Source: Acidobacteriota bacterium
GTDB lineage: Bacteria > Acidobacteriota > Blastocatellia > Pyrinomonadales > Pyrinomonadaceae
Length of the DNA: 64,000 nt
Reading direction: 5' to 3'
Assembly: GCA_031425495.1 (NCBI GenBank)
Contig: JANPJL010000128.1
Location: forward strand, 4,184 to 68,183
Program-made: the position numbers and the translations under genes
The notes under the pieces: generated by a model
What the model was told of the DNA's origin: nothing
What the model saw: only the letters and a program-made list of their open reading frames with translations
Database searches by the model: none
Part shown: in pieces, positions 35,782-45,770 of the stretch
How positions within the stretch are numbered: position 1 is the stretch's first letter
How the letters are laid out: each line of letters begins with the position of its first letter

Positions 35782-36114
35782 TTGCCGCTGTTAAAAAGAG
35801 CAAGGATTGAGGTCTATCTCCCTGAACGGCGAAAGGCAAACTATCGAAGACTTCAGCGAGCTGTTGAGCAGGAGTTCCTGATGACGTTCGGCGGTTGCAC
35901 GGTGATAAAGGACATCAAAGGTCTCTACCTGGATTCGAGCGGCAAGCCGGACTTCGACAGAATGAACCTGGTGTATGCGGATACGCCGTTCGACTTTGAT
36001 AAAAACTTTAATGCGATCTCGAAGTACTGTGATGACCTGCGAGACGTAGCACGGGAGGCGACGGAGGAAGAATCCATTCTTGTCGTTGTTCATGGAGTTT
36101 ATCGTTCGGTTTAA
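35782..36114 (+). CDS. hypothetical protein (~110 aa)
   Basis: TTG at 35782 lies 6 nt after AAAGGAGA. (M)PLLKRARIEVYLPERRKANYRRLQRAVEQEFLMTFGGCTV... The start is uncertain (the track gives 35758). Confidence 0.45.
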   Translation: MPLLKRARIEVYLPERRKANYRRLQRAVEQEFLMTFGGCTVIKDIKGLYLDSSGKPDFDRMNLVYADTPFDFDKNFNAISKYCDDLRDVAREATEEESILVVVHGVYRSV

Positions 36115-36126
36115 ATCTTGGCGAAG

Positions 36127-36465
36127 ATGAAATATCTCGTCATCGGATTGTCGTTATTAAACGGCCTGTGGATGCTGATCGACGGCATCTACGTTATCTC
36201 AAACGGCAAGTACATCGGGCCAGAAAAGCCTGGGCCGTGGGCATCGCTCATATCGCTGACCGGAGTTGATGTTTTCAAGCTGGGGCCGTTATTCGTTTTG
36301 TTCGGCGTTGCCTGGCTCACTCTTGTGGGGACTCTGTTCGCTGACGTAAGTTGGGCGAAAGGGTTTGGATTGGTGTTATCTGTATTGACACTCTGGTATT
36401 TGCCATTCGGAACTCTCATTTCGATCGTTGTATTTTTCGCTCTTATTTTGTTTATCAAGAACTAG
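36127..36465 (+). CDS. small integral membrane protein
   Basis: Four hydrophobic segments. The start could be ATG at 36127 or TTG at 36118. Confidence 0.5.
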   Translation: MKYLVIGLSLLNGLWMLIDGIYVISNGKYIGPEKPGPWASLISLTGVDVFKLGPLFVLFGVAWLTLVGTLFADVSWAKGFGLVLSVLTLWYLPFGTLISIVVFFALILFIKN

Positions 36466-36471
36466 ATTTTT

Positions 36472-38334
36472 ATGTGTGGAATAGTTGGATACGTTGGAAA
36501 TAAACAGGTCGTCCCGTTGATCATCGACGGACTAAGAAAGCTCGAATATCGCGGGTATGATTCGGCGGGCATCGCGGTCGTCGATGGAGAACAGCATCTC
36601 GAGTTGCGACGCGCGGAAGGGAAGCTTCGCAATCTTGAAGAATGCATTCGTCTCAATCCGCTCGACGGAAACTACGGGATCGGTCACACGCGTTGGGCAA
36701 CGCACGGGCGGCCGACGGAGGAGAACGCACACCCGCACCGAGACCAATCGGGTAAGGTGGTCGTCGTTCATAACGGTATCATCGAAAATTACCTGACTTT
36801 GAAAGAAAGGCTCGCGGCGGATGGCAGTACCTTCAAGACCGAGACGGACACCGAGGTCGTCGCGCACCTGATCGGGCATTACAAGGACATAGAAAATCTG
36901 CCGCTTGAAGAGGCCGTTCGAAAAGCTGTTAAAGAGCTGCGTGGAATTTTCGCTTTGGCGATCATCTCCGTCGACGAACCCGACACGGTCATCGCGGTTC
37001 GCGAAGGACCGCCTGTAGTTATCGGTCTTGGCGACGGCGAATTTTTCGTTGCCTCGGACATTCCGCCAATCCTTCAGCACACGCGAGACGTTTTCTTTCT
37101 CGGTGATCGCGAGATCGCAGTGCTGACCCGCGACTCGGTCCGAGTCACCGATTTCGACGGGAACGTCATCGAACCGAAACAGCAGCGCATAACCTGGGAT
37201 CCGATCATGGCGGAGAAGGGCGGTTTCAAGCACTTCATGCTCAAAGAGATCTATGAGCAGCCACGGGCCGTGCGCGATACGGTCCAGGGACGTGTCTCGC
37301 TCGACACCGGTCGGGTCTATCTCGATGAGATGGATATTTCCGAGGAAGATTTCAGCTCGCTTACTTCGATCAAGATCGCGGCGTGCGGGACGAGCTGGCA
37401 TGCTGCCCTGGCGGGAAAGTACATGCTTGAGAAGCTTACGAGAGTCCCGGTCGATGTCGACTACGCCTCCGAGTTTCGTTATCGCGATCCGGTGCTGACT
37501 GAGAACGACCTCCTCATTGTCATCTCGCAGTCGGGTGAGACAGCCGACACGATCGCCGCGATGCGCGAAGCAAAACTACACGGCTGTAAAGTCCTGGCTG
37601 TCTGCAACGTCCAGGGCTCGATGATCCATCGAGAGGCCGACGGTACGATCCTGACGCACGCGGGGCCCGAGATCGGTGTCGCATCGACGAAAGCGTTCAC
37701 GGCGCAGATGGTCGCTCTCTACTTGTTCGCGCTTTACCTCGGCGAACTTCGCGGGACGATCTCGGCCGACGAAGGTAAAAAACTTGCTCAGGATCTGGCG
37801 GAGCTGCCGCTGAAGATCGAGCAGCTCCTGAACGACGCCGACTCCATCGAGGAGCTGTCGAAAGAGTTTTTCCGCGTGCAGGACTTTCTGTACCTTGGTC
37901 GAGGAATAAATTTCACGGTGGCGCTCGAGGGTGCTTTGAAGCTGAAGGAGATCAGCTATATCCACGCCGAGGGTTATCCGGCCGGAGAGATGAAGCATGG
38001 TCCGAATGCGCTCATCGATGAAAAGCTCCCAGTCGTTGTCGTCAACACGCGTGAACTCGGGAACGCGGCGAGCGAGTTGCGGTATGAAAAGACGCATTCG
38101 AACATCGTCGAAGTAAAGTCGCGCGACGGAATCGTGATCAGCGTCCTGACGGAAGGCGACTCGATGAGCTCGAAGGTGTCGGATCACGTGATCGAGGTTC
38201 CCGAAACTTCCGATCTGCTCGGCCCGATCCTGTCGGTCGTTCCGTTGCAGCTTCTGTCGTACCACATCGCGGTCCGCCGGGGTTGCGATGTCGATCAGCC
38301 TAGGAATCTCGCTAAGTCAGTGACTGTGGAATGA
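36472..38334 (+). CDS. glmS: glutamine--fructose-6-phosphate aminotransferase
   Basis: MCGIVGYVG Ntn start, two SIS domains, C-terminal ...LAKSVTVE. Confidence 0.95.
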   Translation: MCGIVGYVGNKQVVPLIIDGLRKLEYRGYDSAGIAVVDGEQHLELRRAEGKLRNLEECIRLNPLDGNYGIGHTRWATHGRPTEENAHPHRDQSGKVVVVHNGIIENYLTLKERLAADGSTFKTETDTEVVAHLIGHYKDIENLPLEEAVRKAVKELRGIFALAIISVDEPDTVIAVREGPPVVIGLGDGEFFVASDIPPILQHTRDVFFLGDREIAVLTRDSVRVTDFDGNVIEPKQQRITWDPIMAEKGGFKHFMLKEIYEQPRAVRDTVQGRVSLDTGRVYLDEMDISEEDFSSLTSIKIAACGTSWHAALAGKYMLEKLTRVPVDVDYASEFRYRDPVLTENDLLIVISQSGETADTIAAMREAKLHGCKVLAVCNVQGSMIHREADGTILTHAGPEIGVASTKAFTAQMVALYLFALYLGELRGTISADEGKKLAQDLAELPLKIEQLLNDADSIEELSKEFFRVQDFLYLGRGINFTVALEGALKLKEISYIHAEGYPAGEMKHGPNALIDEKLPVVVVNTRELGNAASELRYEKTHSNIVEVKSRDGIVISVLTEGDSMSSKVSDHVIEVPETSDLLGPILSVVPLQLLSYHIAVRRGCDVDQPRNLAKSVTVE

Positions 38335-38343
38335 TTTCCAGTT

Positions 38344-39306
38344 ATGAAGGCAATTCGTGTGCGTGAGTATGGCGAGCCCGAAGTGATGAAGCTCGAAGAT
38401 CTGGCGATGCCGGAGCCGGGCGAAGGGCAAGTGCTCGTCAAGATGAAGGCGGCGGGCGTTAATCCGGTCGACACCTATCTGCGCAGCGGTATCCACGCTC
38501 ACGCGCCGAACCTGCCGTACACTCCGGGCAAGGACGGCGCCGGTGTCGTCGAGAAGATCGGAGAAGGCGTGACGGAGTTCAAGCCCGGCGACTGCGTCTA
38601 CACTGCGGGTTCGATCTCGGGAACCTACGCCGAATATTCGGTCTGCTCCGAAAAACATCTCGGCACTCTGCCGGGTAATATCGATTTCGAACAGGGAGCC
38701 GGCATTTGGACACCTTATGCTACGGCCTACCGCTCGCTATTTCAGAAGGCGGGAGCGACCTCCGGCGAGACCGTGTTGATCCACGGTGCGTCGGGCGGTG
38801 TCGGCATCGCCGCTGTTCAGTGGGCGAAGAATGCGGAGTTGACCGTGATTGGCACCACGAGTTCCGATGAAGGAAAACGGCTCGTCAAGCAACATGGAGC
38901 CGTTGCCGTATTCGATCACACCGACGATGATCATCTCGGCGAGATTCGTGAGTTCACGGGCGGCAAAGGCGTGGACATCATCATCGAAATGCTCGCGAAC
39001 GTAAACCTTGAACGTGATTTCGAAGCGCTCGCGATGTTCGGACGTATCGTTGTCGTGGGGAGTCGCGCGAGTTTGCAGTTTACCCCGCGTCTGGCAATGA
39101 CGAAGGACGCGACGATCCACGGAATGTCGTTGTTCAACGCGCCGCCGCAAAAACTCGTTGAGATTCAGGCGGCCATCCGTGACGGCCTGGCCCAGGGCGC
39201 ACTCAACCCAACGGTCTCAAGACGATTTTCGCTTGGCCAAGCTCCCGCCGCCCACCACGAGATAATAAACAGTAAGGCGGCAGGAAAGATCGTTCTCGTC
39301 CCATAA
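38344..39306 (+). CDS. qor: NADPH:quinone oxidoreductase (zeta-crystallin/MDR family)
   Basis: MKAIRV.EYG.PEVMKLED...GVNPVDTY.R.G...LIHGASGGVG. Confidence 0.85.
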   Translation: MKAIRVREYGEPEVMKLEDLAMPEPGEGQVLVKMKAAGVNPVDTYLRSGIHAHAPNLPYTPGKDGAGVVEKIGEGVTEFKPGDCVYTAGSISGTYAEYSVCSEKHLGTLPGNIDFEQGAGIWTPYATAYRSLFQKAGATSGETVLIHGASGGVGIAAVQWAKNAELTVIGTTSSDEGKRLVKQHGAVAVFDHTDDDHLGEIREFTGGKGVDIIIEMLANVNLERDFEALAMFGRIVVVGSRASLQFTPRLAMTKDATIHGMSLFNAPPQKLVEIQAAIRDGLAQGALNPTVSRRFSLGQAPAAHHEIINSKAAGKIVLVP

Positions 39307-39457
39307 ATTAGGCGTTCGTCGGAATCAATGGCTCAGGGTGAGCACCTTGAGCGGTTTTCGTTTGCGCCCGGTCAAGAAAACCTCAACCGCTTACAAGCAT
39401 ACTCCTCGGCATAGACTGGACATTCCGCCCTCGATGCTGGTCAAAGGAGGAAACGCG

Positions 39458-41293
39458 ATGAAAAAGTTCTTGATCTTTTTGTTGACGGTTGCGGTGATCG
39501 CTGGATCTCAGATGCCTGGCACTATCGAGGCCGGCAGTGCGAATGCCAGCCCGGCAATGCGGAACTATGTTCCGAATGAGCTATTGGTGAAATTCAGAGA
39601 AGGTGGAAAGCCGGCCGTCAATTCGCTGACGAGCCAACTCGGCGGAACGGTCGAAACGGAGTTTATCGAACTTCGATGGGCGTACGTGAAGCTGCCCGAA
39701 GGCTTCGCGGTCAGCGACGCGATCGAGATCTACCGGCAGGATCCGAGCATCGAGATCGTCCAACCCAATTTCTTCTATAACATCAACGCAACGCCGAACG
39801 ACCCGCGATATAGCCAGCTCTACGGGATGATCAAGATCGCTGCTCCCGAGGCGTGGGACACTACGACGGGCGATCCGTCAGTCGTGGTCGCCGTGGTCGA
39901 CACCGGCATCGATCGGACCCATCCCGATCTTGCCGCGAACGTCTATCAGAATCCCGGCGAGATCGCAGGCAACGGAGTCGATGACGATTTGAACGGATTC
40001 GTCGACGACTTCAGCGGCTGGGATTTTCTGAACGGCGATAACGATCCGGCCGACGGTCATAGTCACGGCACACATTGCTCGGGAACGATCGGCGGCGTGG
40101 GCAATAACGGCATCGGCGTCGCGGGCGTCAACTGGAACGTCAAGATCATGCCGCTGAAGACGCACGACGACGTGGTCGGCGGTTCGACATCCGTCACCGT
40201 CATCAGCACTTTTCAGTACGTCACGATGATGAAGAACCGCGGCGTGAACATTCGTGCGACGAGCAACAGTTATGGCGGCCCGCCCGAAGCCGGAACTTAC
40301 GATCAAGCGGTGAAGGATGCGATCGATGCGAGCGGCCGTTCGGGAGTGCTGAACGTATTTGCCGCCGGAAACCAATTGACCGTCGACCAGGAGGAGAACA
40401 ACGACGTGCTGCCGACCTATCCGGGCAGCTACAACAGTCCGAGCATCCTCGCGGTCGCTGCCAGCGATCAGAATGACAACAGGGCTTCCTTCTCGCATTA
40501 CGGTCTCACGACGGTCGACGTCGCGGCACCGGGGGTCGCGATAATGAGTACGGTCCTCAACGGCGGTTACGGAAGCAAGAGCGGAACGTCGATGTCGACA
40601 CCACACACCGCGGGCGCGGCAGCATTGCTCGCTGCTGCGCATCCACAGCTTTCAGCCGCGTCGATCAAGGCGACGCTCATGAACAGCGTGGACATACTGC
40701 CGCAGTGGGCCGGACTGACGATGACGGGTGGCCGGATCAATGTTGCTCGCGCGATCGCGACTCCGACCATTTGCAGTTATTCGCTGTCGAACACCTCGAT
40801 GAGCTTTCCGGTTCAGGGCGGGAGCGGATCATTCGACGTCGGGTCAGCAACGAACTGTGGCTTCGACGCATTCTCGGACCAGCCGTGGGTAGCGGTTACA
40901 TCCGATCCTGGGGCTGGAAACGGCAGCGTGGCTTACACCATTCTCCCGAACTACAGCCTTGATCCGCGAACGGCGACGCTGGTTGTCGCAGGCCGTCTCT
41001 ATACGATCACTCAGTACGGCAGCGGCCCGGTGCTTCCGGTGGCGAGCGTCTCCGGCCGAGTGATGACGCCGGATGGAAAGGGTATTAACAAAGCCGCCGT
41101 GACGATCAGCGATTCGTTCGGCACGTCGCGGCAGGTGTTCACCGATCCGGCGGGCAACTATCGATTCGACAATCTTGCGACGGGAAGGACCTACACGATC
41201 ACCGCTGAGCATAAGCGATACGAGTTTGAGCAGCGAAGTATGGTTGTGATAGGCAGCTCCAGTGGTGTCGATTTCTACGGCCAGCGGCGCTGA
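39458..41293 (+). CDS. secreted S8 (subtilisin-family) serine peptidase with C-terminal beta-sandwich domains
   Basis: AAGGAGG RBS and signal peptide MKKFLIFLLTVAVIAG. Catalytic VAVVDTGID, HGTHCSGTIG and GTSMSTPHTAGAAALL. The C-terminus is carboxypeptidase-regulatory-like (VSGRVMTPDGKGINKAAVTI). Confidence 0.88.
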   Translation: MKKFLIFLLTVAVIAGSQMPGTIEAGSANASPAMRNYVPNELLVKFREGGKPAVNSLTSQLGGTVETEFIELRWAYVKLPEGFAVSDAIEIYRQDPSIEIVQPNFFYNINATPNDPRYSQLYGMIKIAAPEAWDTTTGDPSVVVAVVDTGIDRTHPDLAANVYQNPGEIAGNGVDDDLNGFVDDFSGWDFLNGDNDPADGHSHGTHCSGTIGGVGNNGIGVAGVNWNVKIMPLKTHDDVVGGSTSVTVISTFQYVTMMKNRGVNIRATSNSYGGPPEAGTYDQAVKDAIDASGRSGVLNVFAAGNQLTVDQEENNDVLPTYPGSYNSPSILAVAASDQNDNRASFSHYGLTTVDVAAPGVAIMSTVLNGGYGSKSGTSMSTPHTAGAAALLAAAHPQLSAASIKATLMNSVDILPQWAGLTMTGGRINVARAIATPTICSYSLSNTSMSFPVQGGSGSFDVGSATNCGFDAFSDQPWVAVTSDPGAGNGSVAYTILPNYSLDPRTATLVVAGRLYTITQYGSGPVLPVASVSGRVMTPDGKGINKAAVTISDSFGTSRQVFTDPAGNYRFDNLATGRTYTITAEHKRYEFEQRSMVVIGSSSGVDFYGQRR

Positions 41294-41481
41294 GATCGAG
41301 CAAGCTTCTCGAATCTGAAAGCGGGCCGGTCGGCAGATCGGCCCTTTTCTTTGTGAATCGCGCTCTGAAACGGTACAGCGCGATCTAATAATCCAAGCAG
41401 TTCCACTTGGCACGTTCATTGCTTATGTCATCAGCATGGATGCGATATCCGAATAAGCAAACAGGGGGCACGTAAGTAAGT

Positions 41482-41943
41482 ATGAACGCGATCGAATTAT
41501 TAAAAGAGGACCACGACAAAGTCGACAAGCTGTTTCAAAAGGTAAAGGCGAACGAAGATGCCGACCACAAGGACACATTTGAGCAGATAAAGGCTGAACT
41601 GGATGTTCACGCGCACATCGAAGAGGTGATCTTCTACCCGAAGCTCGTGGCGGAGGGCAATGACGAGTTAAAAGATATCGTTCTTGAAGGGATAGAAGAG
41701 CACCGGCAAGCTAAGATGTTTCTACGTGAACTGGCTGCATTGTCCGACGATAGCGAAAAGTTTAAGCCGAAGCTGAAGGTGTTGATGGAAGATATCGAAC
41801 ACCACGTGATGGAAGAGGAAGGACAGATGTTTCCGATGGTTGAGGAGCAATTTGATGAAGCGACGCTCCGATCGCTTGGCGAAGAGATGGAGAAAGAAAA
41901 GAAGAACTTCGGAAAATCGAATAAGGCTGCTAGCGGGAGCTAG
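41482..41943 (+). CDS. hemerythrin (HHE cation-binding) domain protein
   Basis: LLKEDHDKVDKLF...HAHIEEVIFYP...EEHRQAK...IEHHVMEEE. Confidence 0.85.
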   Translation: MNAIELLKEDHDKVDKLFQKVKANEDADHKDTFEQIKAELDVHAHIEEVIFYPKLVAEGNDELKDIVLEGIEEHRQAKMFLRELAALSDDSEKFKPKLKVLMEDIEHHVMEEEGQMFPMVEEQFDEATLRSLGEEMEKEKKNFGKSNKAASGS

Positions 41944-41970
41944 AAGTTAGTTTACTCATTAGGTATCACC

Positions 41971-42008
41971 AGCGGACGCCGGATTATCCGGGCAGTCCGC
42001 TTTTTTTT
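41971..42008 (+). terminator. intrinsic terminator
   Basis: AGCGGAC-GCCGGATTATCCGGGCA-GTCCGCT followed by T8. Confidence 0.8.
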
Positions 42009-42156
42009 CAGGCGGTAAGCAAAATTTAGGAACGTTTCCCGCAATTTTCTGTTATATTTGACCAACCAAGAAACTGTCTAGAGAGGACACGGTGGCGCTC
42101 CCCGTACCAAGCCGGTCATCCATTTGTCATAAATAACTGAAGATCCTGGAGGGAAG

Positions 42157-43533
42157 ATGAGATTGAAATTACTGTGTCTATTGTTAGCTGTCGGGTTTAT
42201 GGGCGTTTTCGCGTCGCCTGCTCGTGCGGAAATGTTTACTGCAAATTTAACCGGAGCCCAAGAGGTTCCGCCTGCTGCCACGAGCGCAACGGGTTATGCG
42301 CGGATTTTGCTCAATGAATCCGCAGGGACGATCACCTTTACGGTCGTCTTCAACGGCCTTTCTAGTGCCCAGACTAATTCACATATCCATACGGGTGCGC
42401 GCGGCGTGTCTGGGCCCGTCACTATTGGTCTCGGAGTCGTCGGTGGAACCTCCGGTACGATCACGGGATCTGCTCCAATAACTGCCCCCCAAATCGTTGC
42501 GCTCCGAGCGCACGGGATGTACGTAAACGTGCACTCGACAAATTTCCCCGGCGGCGAGCTTCGTGGACAGCTCGGTATCACGCGGGTTGTGGACTTCGAC
42601 GGAGACGGCCGAACGGATTATAGCGTTCTCCGCTTTCCGAATATCGCGCCTCCAGGCGTCTCGACCATCGATTGGTGGAACTTAAACAGCACCACCGGTC
42701 CTCAGGTACGTAATAACTGGGGAAATGCGAATACAGATTTTCCGGCTCCGGGCGATTACGACGGTGACGGCATAACTGACATCGCTATCTATCGTGAAGG
42801 AGCGACTGCCGGTGCACAGAGCTCCTATTGGATAGTACTGAGCTCTAATAACGTCGTCCAATATTTTGCGTGGGGACTCGCTGGAGACCAGACGATCCAG
42901 CGTGACTACGACGGCGACGGCAAGACAGATGTCGCGGTCTTTCGCCCTGGTGCATCAGCTGCCGCACAAACTACTTGGTACATTCGAAATAGCGCGACCA
43001 ACACTGCCCGTGTCGAAGCTTTCGGAATATCCGGTGACGGAACCAATAACTTCGATACACCGGTACCCGGAGACTATGACGGTGACGGCAAGTTCGATAT
43101 AGCGGTATATCGTTTCGCCTTGTCGCCGGCGAACAACTATATCGTCAAGCGAAGCTCGGACGGAGTGATTACCTTCGCGCAGTTCGGTAATTTCACTACC
43201 GACTATATCTTGCCGGGCGATTACGATGGTGACGGCAAGTACGATTACGCTGTTGCACGGACTGGAGCTACCGCGACTTCGCCGCTGGTTTGGTGGATAT
43301 TGCAGAGTTCTACCGGTACGACCCGGACGCAGACCTGGGGCCGAACTTCCGACTCACCCGCACAAGGTGATTATGACGGAGATGCTAGAACTGACCTCGC
43401 GATCTATCGTCCTGGAGCAACCGCATCAACGAACAGTAATTACTGGGTATTGCGCAGTTTTGACAATACGGCCCAAATTACGCAGTGGGGCATCGGACAA
43501 GACTTCTCGGTCAATACGTATGACAGCCGATAA
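42157..43533 (+). CDS. secreted CHRD domain protein fused to an FG-GAP/VCBS repeat propeller
   Basis: Signal peptide. The CHRD pattern is FTANLTGAQEVPP...SHIHTGARGVSGPV...MYVNVHSTNFPGGELRGQL. Then come six to seven DYDGDG.TD.A.(Y/F)R.G blades. Confidence 0.8.
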   Translation: MRLKLLCLLLAVGFMGVFASPARAEMFTANLTGAQEVPPAATSATGYARILLNESAGTITFTVVFNGLSSAQTNSHIHTGARGVSGPVTIGLGVVGGTSGTITGSAPITAPQIVALRAHGMYVNVHSTNFPGGELRGQLGITRVVDFDGDGRTDYSVLRFPNIAPPGVSTIDWWNLNSTTGPQVRNNWGNANTDFPAPGDYDGDGITDIAIYREGATAGAQSSYWIVLSSNNVVQYFAWGLAGDQTIQRDYDGDGKTDVAVFRPGASAAAQTTWYIRNSATNTARVEAFGISGDGTNNFDTPVPGDYDGDGKFDIAVYRFALSPANNYIVKRSSDGVITFAQFGNFTTDYILPGDYDGDGKYDYAVARTGATATSPLVWWILQSSTGTTRTQTWGRTSDSPAQGDYDGDARTDLAIYRPGATASTNSNYWVLRSFDNTAQITQWGIGQDFSVNTYDSR

Positions 43534-43551
43534 CGAATTACTGAGAACTTA

Positions 43552-43586
43552 AAATAAAATGCGGGAGCCACTGGCTCCCGCTTTTT
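43552..43586. terminator. bidirectional intrinsic terminator between convergent genes
   Basis: AAAATAAAAT-GCGGGAGCC-ACT-GGCTCCCGC-TTTTT. Confidence 0.8.
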
Positions 43587-43609
43587 GCGCATCATTTCAA
43601 TCTATGCGA

Positions 43610-45490
43610 TTAGACCGATATCGGTAACCGACCAAACTGGTCCAACGCTTCAAAAACCTGCAACGCATATTTCACATTTCCAAACGGGGCCGATACCTGC
43701 ACACCGGCGATAATGTCGCGAACGTCGAGCAGCGATTCGCGGGCGATCGCAATACCTGCCTCCCGAGCTTCTTCCTTTCCTTTGTCCGACGCAATTCGCA
43801 TCCGATCGAGAATATCCGCCGTAACATTTACGCCGGGCACTTCGTTGTGGAGGAACTCCGCATTTCGAAAACTTACCAGCGGCCAGATACCGGCCACGAT
43901 CGGGATCTTCACATGCTCGATCTTATGGAGAAACGACCGAAGCTGCTCGGTATCGAATACCGGCTGCGTGATCGCATACTCGGCTCCGGCTTCTACCTTC
44001 CACTCAAACCGCCGGATTTCTTCTTCCAGATTTACCGCCCCGGGGTTCACTCCGACGCCGATCGAAAAAGCCGTTGGCTTGCCGATCGGATTGTTGCCGA
44101 TATCCAGCCCGTGATTGAGCTTGTTGACCATGTTGGTCAGACCGATCGCATCGATATCGAATACCGCGGTAGCATCCGGATACGGTCCCATCTTTGGCGG
44201 GTCGCCGGTAATTATCAGGAGGTTGTGCAGCCCGAGCGCCGCGGCACCGAGTAGGTCCGACATCATGCCGAGAAGATTACGATCGCGGCAGCAGTAGTGG
44301 AGTACCGCCTCGATACCGATCTCTCGTTCGACCAAAACGGCTGTCGCCTGGGCGGACATTCGGGTCTGTGCACGCGGACCGTCGGGAATATTTACACCAT
44401 CGACACCTGCGTCCTTCAGCAGGCGGATGGAATCAAGGGTCTTGTCAGCGTCACAGCCTTTCGGCGGCAATACCTCCACTGACGTCACGAATTCGCCCCT
44501 GGCAATTTTCCTTCCCCAATTTGACCTCTCCTCGGCGGGTACGACCTGGACATCGATCGGTGTCAACTCGACGACTTGGGCGCTCTGCTTTCTGGCTTCG
44601 CTGATCGCTTGCCGCGGACTAACAGATCGGATCGCCTCGGAAATGAGCTTTATGTGCGTCGGGGTCGTGCCGCAACATCCGCCCACGAACTTCGCTCCCG
44701 ATTGTACAAAGCGGCGAGAGAACTCCGCCATATATTCCGGGGAGCCCATGTAAAACTGCCGTCCCTGAACATCACGCGGAAGGCCGGCATTAGGCTGGGC
44801 CGACATCTTCTTTGCAGTCAGCGGCCGCATTTTGTCGAGAGCGGTGAGCACGTGGTTCGGTCCCATTCCGCAATTGAGACCGATGACGTCGACGTCCAAC
44901 TTGTCCAGGCTTACAGTGAATGCCTCCGGCGTCGTGCCGAACGTGGTCTTGCCGTCCATTTGGATCGCCATCTGCGCAATGATCGGTAAATCGGATAGCT
45001 CTCTGACGGCGCGGATCGCTTGCTCGATCACCGGTATTTCGGAGAAGGTTTCCAGTATAAATAGGTCGACGCCTCCTTCGAGCAATGCCTCGACCTGCTC
45101 CTTGAACAGATCTTTGGCTTCATCGAATGACGTCGGTCCGAAAGGCTCGATCCTCAATCCAAGAGGCCCGATAGCGCCGGCGACAAAAACTTTGTCGCCG
45201 GCAGCCTCGCGCGCAATGCGTGCTGCGGCAATGTTGATCTCCCGGAGTTTGTTCTCCAGACCGTACGGCTGCAGTTTGTGTCGCGTCGCACCGAACGAGT
45301 TGGTCTCGATGATGTCGGCTCCGGCCTTTATGTACTCTCCGTGGACCTCGCGTACCAGGTCCGGTGCTACGAGGTTTAGCTCGTCGTAGCTTCGGTTTAT
45401 GAATATGCCCTTATCGTAAAGCCGTGTCCCGACCGCTCCGTCGAAAACATACACACGGTCGTTGTCTATAATCTCTCGAAAGTTTTTCAT
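43610..45490 (-). CDS. bifunctional homocysteine S-methyltransferase / 5,10-methylenetetrahydrofolate reductase (YitJ-like)
   Basis: The N-terminal Hcy-binding domain has VFDGAVGT.L...ETNSFGA...GGCCGTTP. The C-terminal half is MTHFR-like (EV.PPKG......NIPDGPRA). Confidence 0.85.
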   Translation of the reverse strand: MKNFREIIDNDRVYVFDGAVGTRLYDKGIFINRSYDELNLVAPDLVREVHGEYIKAGADIIETNSFGATRHKLQPYGLENKLREINIAAARIAREAAGDKVFVAGAIGPLGLRIEPFGPTSFDEAKDLFKEQVEALLEGGVDLFILETFSEIPVIEQAIRAVRELSDLPIIAQMAIQMDGKTTFGTTPEAFTVSLDKLDVDVIGLNCGMGPNHVLTALDKMRPLTAKKMSAQPNAGLPRDVQGRQFYMGSPEYMAEFSRRFVQSGAKFVGGCCGTTPTHIKLISEAIRSVSPRQAISEARKQSAQVVELTPIDVQVVPAEERSNWGRKIARGEFVTSVEVLPPKGCDADKTLDSIRLLKDAGVDGVNIPDGPRAQTRMSAQATAVLVEREIGIEAVLHYCCRDRNLLGMMSDLLGAAALGLHNLLIITGDPPKMGPYPDATAVFDIDAIGLTNMVNKLNHGLDIGNNPIGKPTAFSIGVGVNPGAVNLEEEIRRFEWKVEAGAEYAITQPVFDTEQLRSFLHKIEHVKIPIVAGIWPLVSFRNAEFLHNEVPGVNVTADILDRMRIASDKGKEEAREAGIAIARESLLDVRDIIAGVQVSAPFGNVKYALQVFEALDQFGRLPISV

Positions 45491-45700
45491 GACATTTTCG
45501 GTCGGAGTTTCGATCGCAAACTTTGCTATGGGGCTCCGATCACAACTTGAAGGTCGCGAATCGAAATCAAAAAAGTCTCGCTAAACAGCGAGACTCCTAA
45601 AAAGACGAATTCGTTTGAGCTGTTTAGCAGATTATTTAACGTGGTCGCAAGTCGCATTAACTCACCACAAATTATTAACCGCAATCATGCGTTGTTCTCG
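45491..45700 (-). promoter_or_regulatory. structured 5' leader with terminator/antiterminator alternative (riboswitch or attenuator candidate)
   Basis: The minus-strand RNA has GUCUCGCU-GUUU-AGCGAGAC followed by U6 (45569-45594) about 78 nt before the ATG. The upstream segment GCUAAACAGC (45619-45628) is perfectly complementary to GCUGUUUAGC at the top of that hairpin. Further upstream is GUGGU...ACCAC. Confidence 0.55.
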
Positions 45701-45770
45701 GAATAGAGTCAAGCGAGACAAACTGTCACCGCCTCCGCTCCGTTCAGAGAGTTGAAAACTCCATCGGGCT

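Noticed and set aside
35670-35810. 46-aa ORF (VKKRSGPKQKTKGSPEQVSATDALKRMKAFGERKESIIAAVKKSKD) starting at a GTG that overlaps the glmU stop
   Set aside because: It is plausible as a coupled mini-gene. However, it overlaps the better-supported TTG/RBS start of the next ORF, and I recognise no family. It is left unannotated.
36466-36471. glmS ribozyme upstream of glmS
   Set aside because: Only 6 nt separate glmS from the preceding ORF, so there is no room for the ~170-nt ribozyme.
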